Of a stretch of DNA of 64,000 bases, positions 50,625 through 61,173 are shown one piece after another. Each line of letters opens with the position of its first letter. The first letter of the stretch is position 1. Made by a program: the position numbers and the translations under genes. Origin of the DNA: Candidatus Hydrothermarchaeum profundi (lineage in GTDB: Archaea; Hydrothermarchaeota; Hydrothermarchaeia; Hydrothermarchaeales; Hydrothermarchaeaceae); assembly GCA_002011125.2 (NCBI GenBank), contig MTMF02000009.1:128001-192000 (forward strand), read 5' to 3'. Under the pieces are notes generated by a model that worked only from the letters and a program-made list of their open reading frames with translations, searched no databases and was not told the DNA's origin.

Positions 50625-50903
50625 CTACTTCTCAAGCGTAATTTCAATCGTCGACAGTCGGATAGGTGTACCCTCTTCACCAGTAATCTCTTCTGTGCCT
50701 ATTTGAATATCCTTAACCTTGACTTCCGGCATAAACCGATTTCTAACTATTTCCACTACATCTACTGCACGGCTTATCGCCTTACCTCTAGCCTTGACTA
50801 CCACTTGATTAGCGTTGTTAAACTGAGTAACCACTGAAAGAACGTAGCTCATTACCATTTTGTTACCTATGTAAACAACATTTTCGTCTGCCATAACCAA
50901 CAA
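50625..50903 (-). CDS. albA: DNA/RNA-binding protein Alba
   Basis: [18 protein letters not shown]. Confidence 0.95.
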   Translation of the reverse strand: MLVMADENVVYIGNKMVMSYVLSVVTQFNNANQVVVKARGKAISRAVDVVEIVRNRFMPEVKVKDIQIGTEEITGEEGTPIRLSTIEITLEK

Positions 50904-50990
50904 TTTCTTATTGAGTTATATAAATCTGATGGGAATTACATACCACTCTCCAAAATTTATTTATGGAAGAAATTGCAAAACCCGGCTTGA

Positions 50991-51419
50991 GTGGTTAGTA
51001 TGACAGTGAAAGAAATAATGCATGGGATTACCCTTGTAGAACCCGGCACGTCTATCAGAGAGATCGGCCGAATAATGAGGGACAAAAATATAGGTTCGGT
51101 ACTAATAAAGGTAGATCCTCTACATTGGGGAATAGTAACCGAACGAGATATAGTAACCAAAGTGGTAGCTAAAGGATTAGACCCTAGAGATGTTAAAGCC
51201 TCTGACATTATGACTGAACTCAGGTATACCATAGATGCTGGTGCTAGTGTACAAAAAGCGAGCGAGATTTTTAATTTACACCATATTAGAAGGTTACCTG
51301 TAATGGAAGACGGAGAAATCATAGGAATGATAACAGCAAGAGATGTGGCAAAATACTGTGCCTTTAAGTCATTAAAATATAAAAGAGAATATGGCAGAGG
51401 TTCCTCTAGCCTTAGGTGA
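50991..51419 (+). CDS. CBS-domain protein
   Basis: GIVTERD, RRLPV, GMITARD. Confidence 0.88.
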   Translation: MVSMTVKEIMHGITLVEPGTSIREIGRIMRDKNIGSVLIKVDPLHWGIVTERDIVTKVVAKGLDPRDVKASDIMTELRYTIDAGASVQKASEIFNLHHIRRLPVMEDGEIIGMITARDVAKYCAFKSLKYKREYGRGSSSLR

Positions 51420-51790
51420 TCGTCATGAAAATGCGGATAAGAGACTTGGTAAATAAAGCATTTGAAGTTTCAGCGGAAGTAAGGCCTACAGAAGTAAAAA
51501 GAGTAGTCTATAGCCTCATTTCCGCTGAAAACAAAGAAGTAAAAAAAAGCCAGACTATCTTATTAGAGGTAAATCCTGTAGATGTACCCCCCTACGGTCT
51601 GATCATCGTAGGAGGATATGCAAGACATCCTCTCGGCAATGTTATTACTGTGCTGGAAGATAAACCTAGGTTAATCGAGCAGCCTAGAAAGATTACAAAA
51701 GCGGCCTTCCATGCATGGGAAGATGGAAAAGTAGAAAAAGGAGAGGTAGTGGGTGTAGTTGATATGATGCTGACTAAGGTTGTAAGGTGA
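51416..51790 (+). CDS. DUF22-like protein
   Basis: YARHPLG..V.E..P......DGKVEKG. Confidence 0.6.
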   Translation: MIVMKMRIRDLVNKAFEVSAEVRPTEVKRVVYSLISAENKEVKKSQTILLEVNPVDVPPYGLIIVGGYARHPLGNVITVLEDKPRLIEQPRKITKAAFHAWEDGKVEKGEVVGVVDMMLTKVVR

Positions 51791-51801
51791 GGTTTTGATA
51801 G

Positions 51802-52923
51802 ATGTCAATATCAGAGTATGCTTATGTAAACGCCAGAGTTGGCGGGATGAGATCTTACTTATTAAGTGTAGCTGATCTAAAGTCCCTAATGGAAGTCCAG
51901 AGTTACGAAGACTGTATCTCACTTTTGAAAAATACTGTATATGGTAAAGACATCTCAAAACTTTCATCTCTAACGCTAATGGAGATTGAAAACGTATTCA
52001 CGAAGTCTCTTTTGATAGATTATGATAAGATAGCAAAATCCCTGATGAGCGCTTATCCTAAAATGTTAGTTGAGGAGTTGCAGAAGAAATTTGAAGTCTC
52101 TGCCCTGAAGACTATAATAGAAATGAAGATAGCCGGATTCACAGAGAAAGAAATGAAAGGATATCCATGGATTTTAACAGAGATACTAACTGAACAGCTT
52201 ATAGAAAAGCTAATGCAGTTAGAATCAGTTGAAGAGCTAATAGAGATATTAAAGTTCACAGAGTATTATAAAGCTTTAAAGGAAGCCATTCCAAAATATC
52301 AAGAAACTGGAGTAGCAACACCGTTTATAATAGCTTTGGACAAACATCACTATACCGAAGTTGGCAAAGCCCTTGATAGACTCTCTGGTCTAGACCAAGA
52401 TAGGGCTAGGTTATTAGTGGGAACTGAAATAGATGCTAAGAATATCATTATAGCTATTAGAGCAAGAGGACTTCCTGAAGAAGATGTTTGGGACAGCTTT
52501 ATCCCCTACAGATATCGAGTGACAGACGATCTTCTTAGGAGCATTTTAACTGTTTCAAACCTAAATCAACTTTCCACAGAACTCCCGCAGTTCCGGTATA
52601 CCAAAGTAATTTCTTCTGCTCTCAAAGAGTACGAAAAAATTGGAGAAACCTTACCATATGACGCAGCATATGTTCCACTCATTATAGAAGCTGCAGAGGA
52701 ATATGAGAAAACCGAGTCTTTTCTTCCATTCGAGCTATCTCTTAGGAGATTTCTATATGTATTAAACAAACAGGAATTCGGAGGAAATAGATTCCATTTG
52801 GGAGTCCCGCTTGCCTACCTACATTTAAAAGAAAATGAGGTGAAAAATCTTATAGCAATTCTAAAGGCTAAAGAGGTAGGTCTTTCCGCTGCAGAAATCG
52901 AAGGCCTAGTAGTATACGGATAA
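51802..52923 (+). CDS. atpC: A/V-type ATP synthase subunit C
   Basis: YAYVNARV, EIDAKN, YLHLKENEVKNL. Confidence 0.88.
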   Translation: MSISEYAYVNARVGGMRSYLLSVADLKSLMEVQSYEDCISLLKNTVYGKDISKLSSLTLMEIENVFTKSLLIDYDKIAKSLMSAYPKMLVEELQKKFEVSALKTIIEMKIAGFTEKEMKGYPWILTEILTEQLIEKLMQLESVEELIEILKFTEYYKALKEAIPKYQETGVATPFIIALDKHHYTEVGKALDRLSGLDQDRARLLVGTEIDAKNIIIAIRARGLPEEDVWDSFIPYRYRVTDDLLRSILTVSNLNQLSTELPQFRYTKVISSALKEYEKIGETLPYDAAYVPLIIEAAEEYEKTESFLPFELSLRRFLYVLNKQEFGGNRFHLGVPLAYLHLKENEVKNLIAILKAKEVGLSAAEIEGLVVYG

Positions 52924-52983
52924 TTCCCCCTGCTTTTTTACACCAAAAATATATTACGAAGTGAAAGAAAAAATAATTTTCCA

Positions 52984-53565
52984 ATGTCAAGAAATATCGA
53001 ATTACTAGGTTACTTTCTTGGAGCCGGGTTCTTAGCAACTCTGCTAGTTGCGCTTGCCCCAATCACCACGGCGATAATAGGCAGAACAGGTTTCATAGAG
53101 GTAGTATTGCTTCTGATAGTACTCTATATTGCAAGTTATCTTGCTCTACGGGGGGGTGATATTCATCAAAGATTTCACCGAGTCACTAGGATAACTATAA
53201 TAGCAATTTTCCTAGAATTAATTCTAATTGGAGGAGGCATTTTTGTGAGACTACTAAAGCTATCTGACGTTAAAGCATTCTTAGCACCGCTAGCTGTAAT
53301 CTTCATATATGAATCCTTTAAGTTAGGTAAGAGGCTAAGGATAAAGAGGGGCAAAGTAACGGTAGTAGTTACTCAGAAACCTGAAAAGATAGAGAAAGAA
53401 GAAGAAGCTGCATACAAGTCATGGCGTATTCCCGACCTGAAGGAAAAAGTTCCTAGTACAGAATATTTTCCAACAGTGAAGAGGAGAAAGAAAAGGGCTC
53501 ATCGAACCTCCCTAGTATCATCCCTTAAAAGGAGATCGGAGTTTATTAAAAAGGAGAAAGATTAA
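52984..53565 (+). CDS. Hypothetical membrane protein
   Basis: Four hydrophobic segments, basic tail. Confidence 0.55.
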   Translation: MSRNIELLGYFLGAGFLATLLVALAPITTAIIGRTGFIEVVLLLIVLYIASYLALRGGDIHQRFHRVTRITIIAIFLELILIGGGIFVRLLKLSDVKAFLAPLAVIFIYESFKLGKRLRIKRGKVTVVVTQKPEKIEKEEEAAYKSWRIPDLKEKVPSTEYFPTVKRRKKRAHRTSLVSSLKRRSEFIKKEKD

Positions 53566-54549
53566 ATGATACCTCAGACATTTTCGGACTTTGAAATAAA
53601 AAAAATGGAAAAATTGAAACTAGTTTTGAGCGAGATTAAGAAAGTAATAGTAGGACAAGACTATGTACTAAATAGACTACTCCTAGGATTATTATCCGAT
53701 GGGCATATACTTCTAGAAGGAGTACCGGGCTTAGCAAAAACTATGATGGTTAGATCCCTAGCAAAAAGTGTAAAAAGCGACTTTAGGAGAATACAATTTA
53801 CCCCTGACCTTTTACCAGCTGATCTAATAGGAACTAAAGTATTCGATCCAAAAAAAACAGAGTTCGTAACTAAAAAAGGTCCAATTTTTGCTAATTTTGT
53901 TTTAGCTGACGAGATAAATAGGGCCCCTCCAAAAGTTCAGAGTGCCTTGCTTGAAGCTATGCAAGAGCGGAGAGTAACAATAGGGGGGGAGACATATTCT
54001 CTACCAAAACCCTTCTTAGTTCTTGCCACTCAGAACCCTATCGAAATAGAGGGAACGTATCCCCTGCCAGAAGCCCAAATTGACAGATTCATGTTCAAAA
54101 TAAATGTGGACTACCCAAATAAGGAAGAAGAAAAAGCTATAATCGATAGAATGGCCTCCGGAAGCCGGAGCGAAGTTGAATATGTATTAACTCCTAGAGA
54201 GCTTCTAGAGCTTCAACGACTAGTATATAAGGTGTATGTAGATGAGAAAGTGAAAAATTATATTGTCGACATAGTGTTTGCAAGTAGAAAACCCGCAGAT
54301 TATGGCCTGGATGAATTGAATGATATTATAGAGTATGGAGCCAGTCCCCGGGCCTCTATATATATGACTCTGGCAGCTAAGGCAAATGCTCTCATGGAAG
54401 GTAGAAGCTACACTATCCCAGACGACGTAAAAGAGGTCGCGCCAGATATACTGCGACATAGGATAATACTCAGCTATGAAGCTCTAGTCGAAGAGCTATC
54501 GGTAGAATCGGTACTAAATAAGATCTTTGAGGCCATAGAGGTTCCATAG
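53566..54549 (+). CDS. moxR: MoxR AAA+ ATPase
   Basis: [28 protein letters not shown]. Confidence 0.95.
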   Translation: MIPQTFSDFEIKKMEKLKLVLSEIKKVIVGQDYVLNRLLLGLLSDGHILLEGVPGLAKTMMVRSLAKSVKSDFRRIQFTPDLLPADLIGTKVFDPKKTEFVTKKGPIFANFVLADEINRAPPKVQSALLEAMQERRVTIGGETYSLPKPFLVLATQNPIEIEGTYPLPEAQIDRFMFKINVDYPNKEEEKAIIDRMASGSRSEVEYVLTPRELLELQRLVYKVYVDEKVKNYIVDIVFASRKPADYGLDELNDIIEYGASPRASIYMTLAAKANALMEGRSYTIPDDVKEVAPDILRHRIILSYEALVEELSVESVLNKIFEAIEVP

Positions 54550-54551
54550 AA

Positions 54552-55460
54552 ATGGCCCCAGCGGAAGTTTCTGAGATAGTTAAAAAAGTCAGAGAGATAG
54601 AAATAAAAACTAAGTATTTCGTAGAAAGTCTTTTTCAAAGTGCTTATGTAAGCGTGTTTAAGGGGCGGGGGTTAGAGTTCTCTGAAGTTCGGGAATACCA
54701 ATATGGAGACGAAATGCGCATTATAGATTGGACTGTTTCTGCAAGGATGGGAAAACTATACGTAAAGAAGTTTGTCGAAGAAAGAGACTTAACGGTATTT
54801 ATCCTCCTTGATGTTTCAGAAAGTTTAGAAACCGGTACGGCAACTCTGCTTAAAAAAGAACTCCTGATTCGAATATGCGCTACGATAGCATATAGTGCAT
54901 TAAAAAATAATGACCGAGCAGGACTAATTATATTCACCGACCGGATTGAGAAATTTATTCCGCCCAGAAAGAGAAGAGATCAACTATATAGAATTATCAG
55001 AGAAACAGTTGCATCAGATTTTAACAGTAAGCGAACCGACTTTAAGGTTGCAGTAGATTACCTAATGAAGGTCAATAAAGAAAGAGCTATAGTCTTTATC
55101 CTTTCTGACTTCCAGTTTCCCTCCTTAGATGAAGCAGTGAAATTGATAGCACGAGTTTCAAAAAAAAATGATACTATAGGAATAAGGATTATAGACCCGT
55201 CTGATTTTGAACTTCCTCCAGCGGGATTTGTACACTTTATTGACCCCGAAACCCAAGAGGCATTAATCATCGATACTTCAGACCCAAACATTAGGGAGAG
55301 ATATAGAAGACTCGCATTTCAAAAAAATATGCAAATAAAAAACGCATTAAACATTAAAAACTTCGAATTAATAGAGATATCAACCGCAGAAGATTACGTG
55401 AAGCCGTTGCTAAGATTCTTTAAACTCAGAGAAAAGCGGTTAGGGAGGGCAAGGTATTGA
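54552..55460 (+). CDS. DUF58 (vWA-like) protein
   Basis: EF.EVREY..GD..IDW, DVSES, SDF. Confidence 0.9.
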   Translation: MAPAEVSEIVKKVREIEIKTKYFVESLFQSAYVSVFKGRGLEFSEVREYQYGDEMRIIDWTVSARMGKLYVKKFVEERDLTVFILLDVSESLETGTATLLKKELLIRICATIAYSALKNNDRAGLIIFTDRIEKFIPPRKRRDQLYRIIRETVASDFNSKRTDFKVAVDYLMKVNKERAIVFILSDFQFPSLDEAVKLIARVSKKNDTIGIRIIDPSDFELPPAGFVHFIDPETQEALIIDTSDPNIRERYRRLAFQKNMQIKNALNIKNFELIEISTAEDYVKPLLRFFKLREKRLGRARY

Positions 55461-56389
55461 AATTCGAAGAACCCATGAGGCTTCTGCTCTTGATATTAAT
55501 ACCTATGCTGATATATTTATATCATATCTCCCTGAAGAGAAAAAAAATAATTGCAATAAAATTTGGAAATTTTGATACCCTTAAAAAAGCTACTGTTGGC
55601 ACATTACCTTATAAAAACTATGTGCCCTTAATACTTAAGTCTCTTATTTTAGTAAGTCTAATTATCACACTAGCAGGGCCACAGACAGAAACTACTATAA
55701 AGACGACTTCAACTGATGTAGTACTCACAATAGATGTTTCAGGTAGCATGTTGGCAAAAGATTTTCCGCCCAATAGGCTCGAGGCAGCAAAGGAATCAGC
55801 TAAAGTTTTTTTAAAAGAACTCGGTAGGGGAGATAGAGTAGGGATAGTAACTTTTTCAGGCGCAAGTTATGTGATCAGCCCAATAGGTGAAGACATAGAA
55901 GAAGCTGAAGAAAAAATAGATTCTATAGACATAGGAGCAGAGGACGGTACAGCGATTGGCGACGGCATAATAACGTCAGTAAGTCTTTTAGGCGGCTCTA
56001 TAGGGAAGAAGAAAGTAATTGTGCTCTTAAGTGATGGCGAAAATAATAGAGGGAGTTCTCCGAGAGAAGCAGCGGTTTTTGCAAAGAATTCAGGCGTAAC
56101 AATTTATACCATTGGGATAGGAACTACTAAAGGTGGATTTATACCTGGAACTAACGAAGTCGTAGGATTAGATGAAGAACTTTTGAAAGATATCGCTGAA
56201 AGTACAGGAGGTGAATATTCAAGAGCCACAACTCAAGAAGCTCTTAAGAAAATTTATTCTGAGATAGGCAAGAAGATCACTCTGGAAACAGGAACTGAAG
56301 ACATATCCATATATTTTGTTGTAATTGCAACATTTCTCCTGTTAACAGACTTTATACTTATGTCCACTAAATATAGAGCGTTACCATGA
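55457..56389 (+). CDS. BatA-like vWA membrane protein
   Basis: DVSGSM MIDAS, TAIGD, LSDGENN. Confidence 0.88.
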   Translation: MKFEEPMRLLLLILIPMLIYLYHISLKRKKIIAIKFGNFDTLKKATVGTLPYKNYVPLILKSLILVSLIITLAGPQTETTIKTTSTDVVLTIDVSGSMLAKDFPPNRLEAAKESAKVFLKELGRGDRVGIVTFSGASYVISPIGEDIEEAEEKIDSIDIGAEDGTAIGDGIITSVSLLGGSIGKKKVIVLLSDGENNRGSSPREAAVFAKNSGVTIYTIGIGTTKGGFIPGTNEVVGLDEELLKDIAESTGGEYSRATTQEALKKIYSEIGKKITLETGTEDISIYFVVIATFLLLTDFILMSTKYRALP

Positions 56390-56398
56390 GGCGAAAAA

Positions 56399-57343
56399 AT
56401 GAAGAAAATTTTGATCTTTCTGCTTTTAATACCCCTCATACAGGGGGCGACGCCAAAAATTATATTTCAAAAGACCATTGATAAAGATACATTACTCTTA
56501 GGAGAACCAGTAGTTGTTTATCTTATCCTAGAAAATAAAGGTGACATCCCCATAAAGGATATAAGGATCATCGATACCATGGATATGCCGGGGATTCAAG
56601 AATATCAACAGAACATTAGTGAATTACCTCCAAAATCTTCGATTCGCTTAGAATATAGCAGAGTTATACCAAAGAAAGAGGGAAACTATACACTTCCTCC
56701 AGCAAAGCTAGAATATTATGACCCAGAAATTGGCAGAACAATAGAGATAGAAACAGAATCATTAAAGTTTAGCGTCATATCTGCTATTTATAATGCCACA
56801 GGAAATGTTTCAACCAAATATAGCGTGGTTAGTGATGTAAGAAATGAAAGCGAAGAAAAGGTTCTCTATCAAAAAGTTGTTACTGAGAAAAAAACAAAGA
56901 TAGATTTCGTGGCGTTCTCGATATTGGGAGTTGGATTTCTGGGTTTTATTGGATTAGTTGCATATGCCTATTCAAGACGAAATAGATTAAAATCAACGCT
57001 TCCTAAAACGCCGCAGGAGGATGATAATATAAAAGAAAAACTAATTGAAGCCAAAACTCTCTATTACTCTGACGAAGACCCTGTAAAGGCGTTTAGCATA
57101 ATATCAGATGAACTAAGAAATCTCATAAAAAATAAATTTTCCATTAAAGGCACGCTTACAAATAAAGAGTATATCAATTTATTAAAAAATAAAAAAATAA
57201 ATGAAGACGTTACCAGCAAGGTTAAATATATTCTCGACTTTTGCGACCAAGTGAAATTCGCTAGACTTACACCAAGCGGCGAGGAATTCTATGACGTTGT
57301 CTACCAGTTCGAAGAAGTCAGAAGATATCTCATAAGCCTTTAG
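56399..57343 (+). CDS. BatD-like membrane protein
   Basis: Signal peptide, Ig-like domain, TM, DQVKFA. Confidence 0.65.
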   Translation: MKKILIFLLLIPLIQGATPKIIFQKTIDKDTLLLGEPVVVYLILENKGDIPIKDIRIIDTMDMPGIQEYQQNISELPPKSSIRLEYSRVIPKKEGNYTLPPAKLEYYDPEIGRTIEIETESLKFSVISAIYNATGNVSTKYSVVSDVRNESEEKVLYQKVVTEKKTKIDFVAFSILGVGFLGFIGLVAYAYSRRNRLKSTLPKTPQEDDNIKEKLIEAKTLYYSDEDPVKAFSIISDELRNLIKNKFSIKGTLTNKEYINLLKNKKINEDVTSKVKYILDFCDQVKFARLTPSGEEFYDVVYQFEEVRRYLISL

Positions 57344-57370
57344 AAATAAAAGCTAAGCTGCCCAGAATAT

Positions 57371-57724
57371 TTAACTGGGCAACTTTCCTATAAACATAAA
57401 GGCTATAACTAACCCGTACAGTGCAATTCCTTCAGCGAGAGCTACGATAATCAAACCCCAAGTTGAAACCTCGGGTTTCTCAGCAATAGCTCCCATAGCC
57501 GCTGACCCAGCATGGCCAATAGCGTATCCTGCGCCCAATGCTGCTAGGCCCATTGTTAGGGCTGCCGCCAATGCAATGCCAAAGACCCTAATATCCTGCT
57601 GGTAACTTATTCCACTTAATACTTCTCCTGTCTCCCCTTGCGGAAGCTCTTCTTGAGCAAATGCTAAACCGGCCGACAGGGTTAATAACAGAACGGTCCA
57701 TGCAACAATCTTCATACCGATCAC
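57371..57724 (-). CDS. atpK: A/V-type ATP synthase proteolipid K
   Basis: AIAEKPE, LAEGIALYG; N-terminal leader. Confidence 0.9.
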   Translation of the reverse strand: MIGMKIVAWTVLLLTLSAGLAFAQEELPQGETGEVLSGISYQQDIRVFGIALAAALTMGLAALGAGYAIGHAGSAAMGAIAEKPEVSTWGLIIVALAEGIALYGLVIAFMFIGKLPS

Positions 57725-57749
57725 CTGTCCAAAATTTCTATTTGGATAT

Positions 57750-59747
57750 TTAAAGTTTTTGTTCTATATAAGTATATCTCCTAATCGCTTTAAATGGATT
57801 AAAGCTTTTTCCTTCTCCTGAATAGAATTTTGAGAAAATCTCATAGTAATGCAACCTTAGAGTCTGAATAAATGAAACAAACATCTCTATACCAAGAATA
57901 AATAGGTTCCCAAGAACAAAAACAAAAGCTTTTCCGGCAAATCCCACAATAGTTGGAGGCATCGAATCCATAACTAAAACCATCATAGAACTTAAGGCTT
58001 CATGAATGATAGCGAGAATGACGATCCTTATGAATGATATACTATTAACCAAATATCTAAAGAGATTCTCATATGTCTCGAAGAGGGACCATACGAGGCT
58101 AATTTTCGTAACCCTCCATTCACCGATCACCATCACCAGTAGCGGAAGAGCTAGTAAAGGGAAAATTAAAGGATCGTCTATAAGCGAGAAAATATCTGTC
58201 CCATGCTTTGTGACTAAAATTGTTCCTCCAAGAAGAAGCCAGATCCCCGCTACACCATAAGGCCCAACGAATGCATCAGCGTACTTTTTATGCATAATTT
58301 CATTTGCCATATTCAGTATGCATGAAAGGATCAATATTCCTATTCCCACCCTTAATGAAAATTTAATAGCCTCTGGTATATGATGCAACGGACTTTTCCA
58401 TAAGGGGTGAATCACTCCTTCAAGACCAAACACTGAACCGTAAATTGCGCCTGCTATTATTGAAAAAAATCCGCAGAGTATTATAGTCCTACCTAGCCTC
58501 TTTACCTGAATATTCGGCGTTTCAAGTCTTACCCCTAGATAATACCCTAAAGCCATCAGTATTAACCCCTGACCTACGTCACCAAACATTAATCCAAAGA
58601 TCAATGGGAAAGTCAATGCAATAACGCTTGTTGGATCGATTTCATGATAATTTGGTGCCCCATAGGTCATCGTAATTAATTCTAGACTTTCAGTGGGTTT
58701 TGGATTTTTAAGTAACGTAGGCGGCTCTTCATCTTCCTCAGGGTCACTAATCCAAACTACAGAATAGCCATCTGATGCTCTTTCGATGATCTCCCTCGCC
58801 TCATTAACTAGATGAAGAGGCACCCAGCCTCTTAATAGATACGTCCGAGAGGTCCTGCCAAAAAAGGTATTAGCCTCATCCATAAATTTTTCAATCTGAA
58901 GAGTTTCTTTCATTAAAAGAAGATTCCCGTATTCAGCGTCTGAGAGCTTCTTAAGTTCCTTATATAGATTCTCTTCCTCTTTCTTTATCGATGCTAATTC
59001 TGAGTCCGCTTTTTCTTTAGCACTATTTAAGTCTAGAAGGGATATATTAAACGGAATACTTATCTCCTCAAACCTCCGTAATCGTAGAGCCCTCCCAATA
59101 TCTACTTCAAATTTTCTTGGATAAATTACTAATATAAGCGAGTTCTTTTTGTCAAGTTCTACTGACTGATAAGCAAATAAATCTGTAATCTCTTTTATAT
59201 TTTCATCTAATTTTTCAATTTCTTTTGTAGGTATCACTCCAAAAACTGCAAGCATGGTCTTAAAGCCTTTTAGATCTCTAGGTCCAACCCCAAGTTTTTC
59301 CAGCTTACTTAACACGTCTTTAGCGTTCTCCCACTCCTCTTTTTCCTTTTTAAGCTTCTCAAGTTCTGATGATATCCTATTAACTTTTTCTTCTAAGAAG
59401 TATATCTTATCCTCAATTTCATCAAAAAGTTTCTCAACAGGGACTTCCTCAACCTTTTTCTTATTTACCTGTTCTCCCAAGAATTGGCTTACAATAGACT
59501 GATCCTTTCTTTCTCGAACAAGGTTAAAAACTTCAAGTATTCCATCGATCTTTGAGAGGAGTTCAGAAGAATTAACTTTTACCCAACTACTTTTTCCAGC
59601 ACTTAAATTAAGAGACTTATATAACGGAGTCTCTTTTATATCAATTAACTGTATTACCCCCCTCTCCTTTAGTTCTCGTAGAATGTCTTCTCTTTTTTCC
59701 TCAAGTATTACCGCATCTAATCTCTTCATCCTTACCGGTTTTAACAT
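57750..59747 (-). CDS. atpI: A/V-type ATP synthase subunit I
   Basis: PPTLLKN, FGLMFGDVGQG, LRLHYYE.FSKFY. Confidence 0.93.
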   Translation of the reverse strand: MLKPVRMKRLDAVILEEKREDILRELKERGVIQLIDIKETPLYKSLNLSAGKSSWVKVNSSELLSKIDGILEVFNLVRERKDQSIVSQFLGEQVNKKKVEEVPVEKLFDEIEDKIYFLEEKVNRISSELEKLKKEKEEWENAKDVLSKLEKLGVGPRDLKGFKTMLAVFGVIPTKEIEKLDENIKEITDLFAYQSVELDKKNSLILVIYPRKFEVDIGRALRLRRFEEISIPFNISLLDLNSAKEKADSELASIKKEEENLYKELKKLSDAEYGNLLLMKETLQIEKFMDEANTFFGRTSRTYLLRGWVPLHLVNEAREIIERASDGYSVVWISDPEEDEEPPTLLKNPKPTESLELITMTYGAPNYHEIDPTSVIALTFPLIFGLMFGDVGQGLILMALGYYLGVRLETPNIQVKRLGRTIILCGFFSIIAGAIYGSVFGLEGVIHPLWKSPLHHIPEAIKFSLRVGIGILILSCILNMANEIMHKKYADAFVGPYGVAGIWLLLGGTILVTKHGTDIFSLIDDPLIFPLLALPLLVMVIGEWRVTKISLVWSLFETYENLFRYLVNSISFIRIVILAIIHEALSSMMVLVMDSMPPTIVGFAGKAFVFVLGNLFILGIEMFVSFIQTLRLHYYEIFSKFYSGEGKSFNPFKAIRRYTYIEQKL

Positions 59748-61120
59748 TGCATCACTTCTTTTGCAGTGCTGAGGAAATTTTTAACCATTTCTGGATATGA
59801 AAGGACATGTACGTGCATATAATTGGCCAACGTGTTTTTAAGTAAGAGGCCGTCATGCAGTCCGTCTACCCCCTTACCCCTTTCTACTTTATAAACATAT
59901 CGGATGTTACTCAAAAATTCTATTTTTGAATAGTGGAACTCATGCCCGATTATCTGTGCTCCTTTCTTTGCAATTGGGCTATCACGAAAGGCTTTATTTT
60001 TAACATAGCCCAGCGCCTGAAATCTCTTCAACATTTTTGTTTTAATCGGCAAAAAACCCACCATTTTGTATTCCTCTTCCTCCTTAGTGGTAAGGCTTTC
60101 ACCGAGGTACATTAATCCCCCGCATTCAGCATAAGTAGGCTTACCTGAATCACAAAATTCATAAATATCATTCTTCAGGGAGACATTAACTTCAAGTTCT
60201 CTTGCAAATATTTCAGGATATCCTCCACCGATATATAGGGCATCAATATCAGGCAACCTCCGATCCTTGATAGAATTTATGTATATTATTTCAGCGCCAT
60301 TAGCTGCGAATGCATCTATATTATCCTGATAGTAAAAAGTGAACACTTCGTCTCTAATGAAACCGAGCCTTACGTTTATGCTTTTATTAGGTGCGAATAT
60401 CGGGTTCTGCTTTACTTTTCTCATGCTTTTAGCTTGCTCGGCTATTTTGATAATAGCATCTACGTCTATATAACTCTCAACTACCTCTGCGAGGTCGTCA
60501 AAAAGTTTGTTTAACTTTTTCCGCTCATATGCCGGTATAAGCCCCAAATGTCTCTCCGGTATAAAAACCCTTTCATCCTTCGGCAATACTCCTATTACCC
60601 TCATTTTAGCAAGATTTTCTACAGCAAGCTTGGCCTTCATAGCATGTCTCGGATTTCCAAGTCTATTAAGGATAACCCCCTCTATATCTACATCCTTATC
60701 AAATACTTTATAGCCTAACACCAATGGAGCAGCTGTCCTAGCGATTCTCTCAACATTAGCTATTAGTATCACAGGCGATTTTAGGATTTTGCTAACATGC
60801 GCTGTGCTACCTTTTTCATCAATAGGATGATAAGAATCATACAATCCCATAGTACCTTCTATAACTGCGATATCCCCCCCCTCAGCGCTCCTTTGAAAAG
60901 TACAAAGTATATCTTGAGGAGTCATCATAAATGCATCTAGATTGCGGGAATATCTGCCTGTAGCATAGTGGTGATAGCTAGGATCTATGAAGTCTGGACC
61001 TACTTTAAAAGGTCTAACATCTAATCCCCTATTACGCAGTGCACGCATTAATCCAATAGAGACAACGGTTTTGCCTGCCCAACTACTCGTACCACTAAGT
61101 ATTATCCTAGGTATATGCAT
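59741..61120 (-). CDS. cobB: Cobyrinate a,c-diamide synthase family (CobB/CbiA or CfbB)
   Basis: FKVGPDFIDP, ERHLGL, AECGGLMYL, GHEFHYS; likely start MHIPRI. Confidence 0.82.
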   Translation of the reverse strand: MHIPRIILSGTSSWAGKTVVSIGLMRALRNRGLDVRPFKVGPDFIDPSYHHYATGRYSRNLDAFMMTPQDILCTFQRSAEGGDIAVIEGTMGLYDSYHPIDEKGSTAHVSKILKSPVILIANVERIARTAAPLVLGYKVFDKDVDIEGVILNRLGNPRHAMKAKLAVENLAKMRVIGVLPKDERVFIPERHLGLIPAYERKKLNKLFDDLAEVVESYIDVDAIIKIAEQAKSMRKVKQNPIFAPNKSINVRLGFIRDEVFTFYYQDNIDAFAANGAEIIYINSIKDRRLPDIDALYIGGGYPEIFARELEVNVSLKNDIYEFCDSGKPTYAECGGLMYLGESLTTKEEEEYKMVGFLPIKTKMLKRFQALGYVKNKAFRDSPIAKKGAQIIGHEFHYSKIEFLSNIRYVYKVERGKGVDGLHDGLLLKNTLANYMHVHVLSYPEMVKNFLSTAKEVMQC

Positions 61121-61173
61121 TGTTGGAAAAATATAAAAAGCCCGATTATAAACTTTTCCGAATGGTGTGACAA

